A stretch of DNA of 59,328 bases, counting the filler, from Bipalium vagum (lineage: Eukaryota): assembly GCA_037834085.1 (NCBI GenBank). It is 3 parts of 3 records of this genome, joined end to end, with 100 filler letters (N's around TTAATTAATTAA, not from the genome) between each part and the next. Parts side by side here need not be neighbours in the genome. Positions count along the whole stretch, not along the records: positions 41,000 to 59,328 come from JBBMKC010028160.1; 2 more parts are not named here. One strand, given 5' to 3'. Under the pieces are notes generated by a model. That model worked only from the letters and a program-made list of their open reading frames with translations, was not told the DNA's origin and did no database searches. A program made the position numbers and the translations under genes. Position 1 is the stretch's first letter, and the number at the start of each line of letters is the position of its first letter. Shown here piece after piece: positions 55,050 to 59,328 of this stretch.

Positions 55050-56150
55050 TTAGGTCTACAAATATGACTCCGCCGTTTTTATTTTTTATAATTAAAAATA
55101 AAATGAAATTATTTTTTGTATATTTGTTTTTGTTTAAATAATATTTACTATGAGCGCTAATTATAATAATATAATAATTTTTAAATAGTTTGCACATCAT
55201 TAATTATTTGCTATTTTAGATGACAACATTTGTGCCGAAAAATAACCATTTGTGGGAACCTTTATTATTTTGATTTAATTTAAAGAAAAATGCTGCCGAA
55301 GCGTATAAATTACTAGTACAGGCTTATGGCAACAATTCTTTAGCTGAAAGAACATGTCGGGAATGGTTTTGAAAATTCAAAGCGGGCAATTTTAACCTTA
55401 ATAACAATGCCCACGGAAATCCACCAAAAAAATTTGAAGACCCTGATTTGCAAGACTTGTTAGACGAAGACGACTTTCAAACTCAGGAACAATTAGCTGC
55501 TTCATTGAATGTTTCCCAACAAACAATCTCCAATCGTTTACGCGGTTTAGGAAAGATTCTAAAGGTGGGAAAGTGGGCGTCTCATGCATTAACAGAAAGA
55601 AGCCAAGAGCAGTGAAAAACCACATGCGAAATTTTGATTAAAATGAACAAAAAAAATCTTTCCTTCATCGTATAATAACTGACGATGAAAAATGGATATA
55701 TTTCTTCAATCCCAGACGATAAAGACCTTGGGTTGATCCAGGTCAGCTGACAAAGTCAACTCCAAAACGCAACATTCATGGAAAAAAAATATTGTTATGC
55801 ATATGGTTGGATCAAAAAGGTATCCTGTACTAAGAACTTCTGAAACCTGGTGAAATCGTAACTGCCAATCCCTATCAACAGCAGTTAATGCAACTAAACG
55901 AAGAAATCGCTGCCAAACGACCAGAATGGGCTGATAAACATGGGAGGATAATATGCTTCATGACAACGCTCGGCCTCATGTCGCAAAAACCGTTGATGAG
56001 GCTATAAAACAGTTGAAATTGGATGTCTTATCCCACCCGTCATACTTTCCAGACATTGCTCCGTCGGATTATCATTTATATCGTTCGATGGCACATGGTC
56101 TGTCAGGTTTATGAGAATGTAAAAAAATGACTAGATCATTGGATTGCCTC
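55050..56150 (+). mobile_element. mariner pseudogene (mauritiana/Mos1-like)
   Basis: FVPK...FNLKKNAAEAYKLLVQAYG...TCREWF, ITDDEKWIYF.NP, HDNARPHVAK, HPSYFPDIAPSDYHLYRSMAHGL; 5' TIR TA-ttaggtctac. Confidence 0.92.
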
Positions 56151-56450
56151 TAGGTCGTAGTTCAAATCATGTACATTTTGTCCTGTGTATCTTGAAACAT
56201 GAAGTCTTGCAGTTCCTTGGATTAAAATACGTCTCTTTCCATTAACAAGTGCTGGATGATTTTCAAATAACTTCTGGAGCACTACTTCAATTTCGTTGCA
56301 GTTTGCTGAGCTGTAAGAGATTCACCAAGTCTCAAAAAGTTATAGTGAATTAATCCACCTGCAGACCACCAAGCAATGATCATAGTCTTCTTTTGGTGAA
56401 GCCTTTGTTTAGGCACATGTTTTAATTTTTCATCTACACTAAACCATTAT
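56150..56450 (-). mobile_element. mariner fragment in opposite orientation
   Basis: PKQRLHQKKTMII.WWSAGGLIHYNFL; ALVNGKRRILIQ. Confidence 0.75.
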
Positions 56451-59069
56451 GATCTAAGTAAAATTTTTGGACTTAAAGTTAAATAAGATTTAGAACATCA
56501 ACAAATAGGCAAAGAATTTCATTACAAAATAAAATTAATTTCAACCGTTACAATATAATTTTTCATTCAAACCAAACGGTGAGGTTCTTTATTTATTTTT
56601 AAAATATTTATTTATTATTTATATAATTTAAATTAGTCCTCATTTTTAAATAAGGTAGTTAATAAAAATTCTATAGACATATACCTGGAAATACAATTTT
56701 TAATATTTGAATTTAAAAATCGATTTTCCTTGTTTAAAACATGAATTTTCATTGTCTATTAAATAGCGACATTGTATTAAAAATATAAAATAATCTATAA
56801 ATTGATCCTTTGAAAATTGTAAAGACGTAATTGTTCAATCATATCATTTTTTCACAAGAAACTTTTAAAAATTGATGTTATAAAATATATTGATATATTA
56901 TTGTTTTTTACTATTTTCATTGATTATAGGTAATATTTGACTGGTTCTTTGAAAATAAAACTATGTGATCTTGAGCAAATCTCATAAACTTTGACAAAAA
57001 GAACATATGTATATTAAAGGGGAAAATAAATAATCATTAAATAGTAATTTATTTTCCTTTTATTATCACATTAAAAAAAAGAAAAGTTCTCAGCAAATTA
57101 AAATAATCGGAGAAATTAATGTTAATTATTCTCGAGATTATAATTATCTGCGAGTGGAGTTAATATTATAAAAGTTGGATTAGGGACCAAATAAAAATTG
57201 ATTTTCTGTCAACCCATTCAATTTAATTACGAAGAACGGTTTCCATCAATGAAGCAGACAACCTGAATTATTAAAGCCTTAATGTTAATAAATAAAATTA
57301 TTCTATAATATTGCTTCGTTGAAGCTATTTTAATAATAACAAAATGATTTTGTTTTCCATTATTAATTCATTATATTAAATAATTTAAATTTCATTTCTT
57401 TTTAAATTCATCCAATAGAAAGAATAACATTATTTGCCATTAATAACCTTACAGAGAATAATAATAATAATATTATTATTTTTTTTTTTTTTTAATATAT
57501 TGTCACAGAGTATTTATTATTTTAATTTATTGAGACAAGTCATTGGAGTATCATTAAACAAATTACTTACAGCAAACGCCTAAATATGTGAATAAATATT
57601 TATTGGAATTTCTCTCATTTGCTGATCGATTTTGTAATGGACAGAGAATAAATTTGTTTTAGACTCGGGCCTTCTGTTTCCCCCGGAATATATTCCAATT
57701 TTAATCCAGTAAATTCAGAGATTTGTTTTTTAAGAGAAATAATATAAATATTTTCCTATATTTTGGCCTGGAGTTGAATTTAATTATTTTTTCCATTTTT
57801 CAGATAATGATAATAATAAAAAATATTTTTGATACTGTAGGACATTAAACAAAATTGAATGAAATATCTCACTGAGTAAAACAGAAATAATTTTCCTTTT
57901 TTTCTCAAGAAATTTGGTCTCTAAATTAATTATAAATACAATTATTTGTTTTTAAAGAGCTTATATAATCTTTCCTGGCAACTGTCACCATCTCTCCAGA
58001 AATAATGCAACACCTCAAAACCTGTGTATATCTTGTGTCCAAAAATTCTGATATCCTGTCACTGAAATGAGTTCGTACATGAAATACAGTGTACATTAAA
58101 GGATGATCAAATGGATTTGATCGCATCGCTATTGGTTAATAATAATGATCGCAATCAGTTCAAAAAGAAAAGTACGCATCATTGATCCTGAGGTAGACGA
58201 GGCTCGGCCGAAAAAGTGTGATCATTAGGAAATTTATTGAAAGAATGAGCAAAAGAAAATGGAGAACTTGGATTAAATGAAGAGTTTATTGGGAATAAGA
58301 CCTAGGACTGTGTAATTAGTTGAGATTATCTCAACTAGGCCCTTGATGTAAAGAACATTTATTAAGTAATTCAATTCAATCAAGACAAACAAATAAAAAA
58401 GACAAAACGAAAACGGTTATGGCCTCTATTGAATATTATTGAGAAAGGTGAATAATACTCCAATTTTCAATATTATTAAATGATATTATTTTAAGATTAC
58501 TTAAAATCAATTAATTTCTCAACCGTTATAGAAAGTACTCTACCATCTGTCCCCAGGGCATCTGTTTTATTTCTGAGTCGTGTTGTGTCATTCTCGGCTT
58601 GTAAATTTACCTCAGCGAATATTTGTCAAGCTCAGATCAGCGGAAATTCTATCATTTTACAACTGATATTTTACCAGTCCAAATGGTAATAAATCATTTT
58701 AAGCGAATTCTCAAATTTTTCTGTATCAGAAACAATATCAATCTTTTCCGGAACTTCTTCAAAACTAATGAAATTTTTCTGTTGGAAAAATTCTTTCAAT
58801 GCAACTATAATAGTCGTTTAAAAAATTCATTTTTTATGGATTTACATCTCTGGATGGGCACTTGTGGCGTTCACATGCATTAGAAGATCTCTCTCACAAT
58901 CGGAATCCGTCTTCTGTATCGTTAATTATACTAAATGGGAAACGTTATTCCCCGCTTGCTGGCTGAACGGCTAATATGGAAAATGCCAATTTACACATCA
59001 GATTCATTAAGACTAATTGAAAATGTCTAACGATTTTGTTTAAACTACTTTAATAATTACTAAGGATTA

Positions 59070-59074
59070 TAATA

Positions 59075-59111
<37 letters not shown>
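59070..59111. repeat. (ATT)n microsatellite
   Basis: Seen directly. Confidence 0.9.
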
Positions 59112-59112
<1 letters not shown>

Positions 59113-59328
59113 TAGTATTAGTATTGATATTATTATTTCTTTTTAAAAATATTTTATATTAATTTTTTTTCTTATTTTATTTATTATTATAATTATTGAT
59201 AATATTATTTCTGTTATTAGTAGTACAGTCAACACTGTATAATTTCACATTTGTTCGAGATATTTGACCAGCTGATTACAATAATTAAGCGCCGTTTTAG
59301 AAGGAATTGTTGATTCTTCGACTGTATC

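Noticed and set aside
2200-56450. Active or domesticated transposase
   Set aside because: Every copy examined has stops, frameshifts or deletions

Overview
Very AT-rich animal genomic DNA with (AAT)n tracts, 46-64 bp minimal introns and abundant decayed Tc1/mariner elements. This fits a triclad flatworm such as Schmidtea or Dugesia, but the taxon is an inference. The window is three sequences joined by artificial 100-bp N44-TTAATTAATTAA-N44 spacers (20231-20330 and 40900-40999), so adjacency across those points means nothing. Host gene fragments are: a protocadherin first exon (+); five phase-compatible exons of an N/Q/S-rich protein resembling a YTHDF N-terminus (-); a Shaw/Kv3 channel S6 exon (-); and a class A neuropeptide-type GPCR exon (-). 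Most of the rest is dead DNA transposons: mariner, Tc1, maT/DD37D, rosa/DD41D-like, pogo-like, a MITE and several Merlin elements, one with TIRs and an 8-bp TSD. The most interesting feature is a collapsed Ty3/gypsy-like retroelement relic at about 29.7-33.7 kb (-). It carries a Gag capsid motif, a fragment resembling chuvirus-type class III fusion glycoproteins, 45-bp direct repeats around its coding core, and clustered RNA hairpins. All homology calls are motif recognition by eye; no searches were run.
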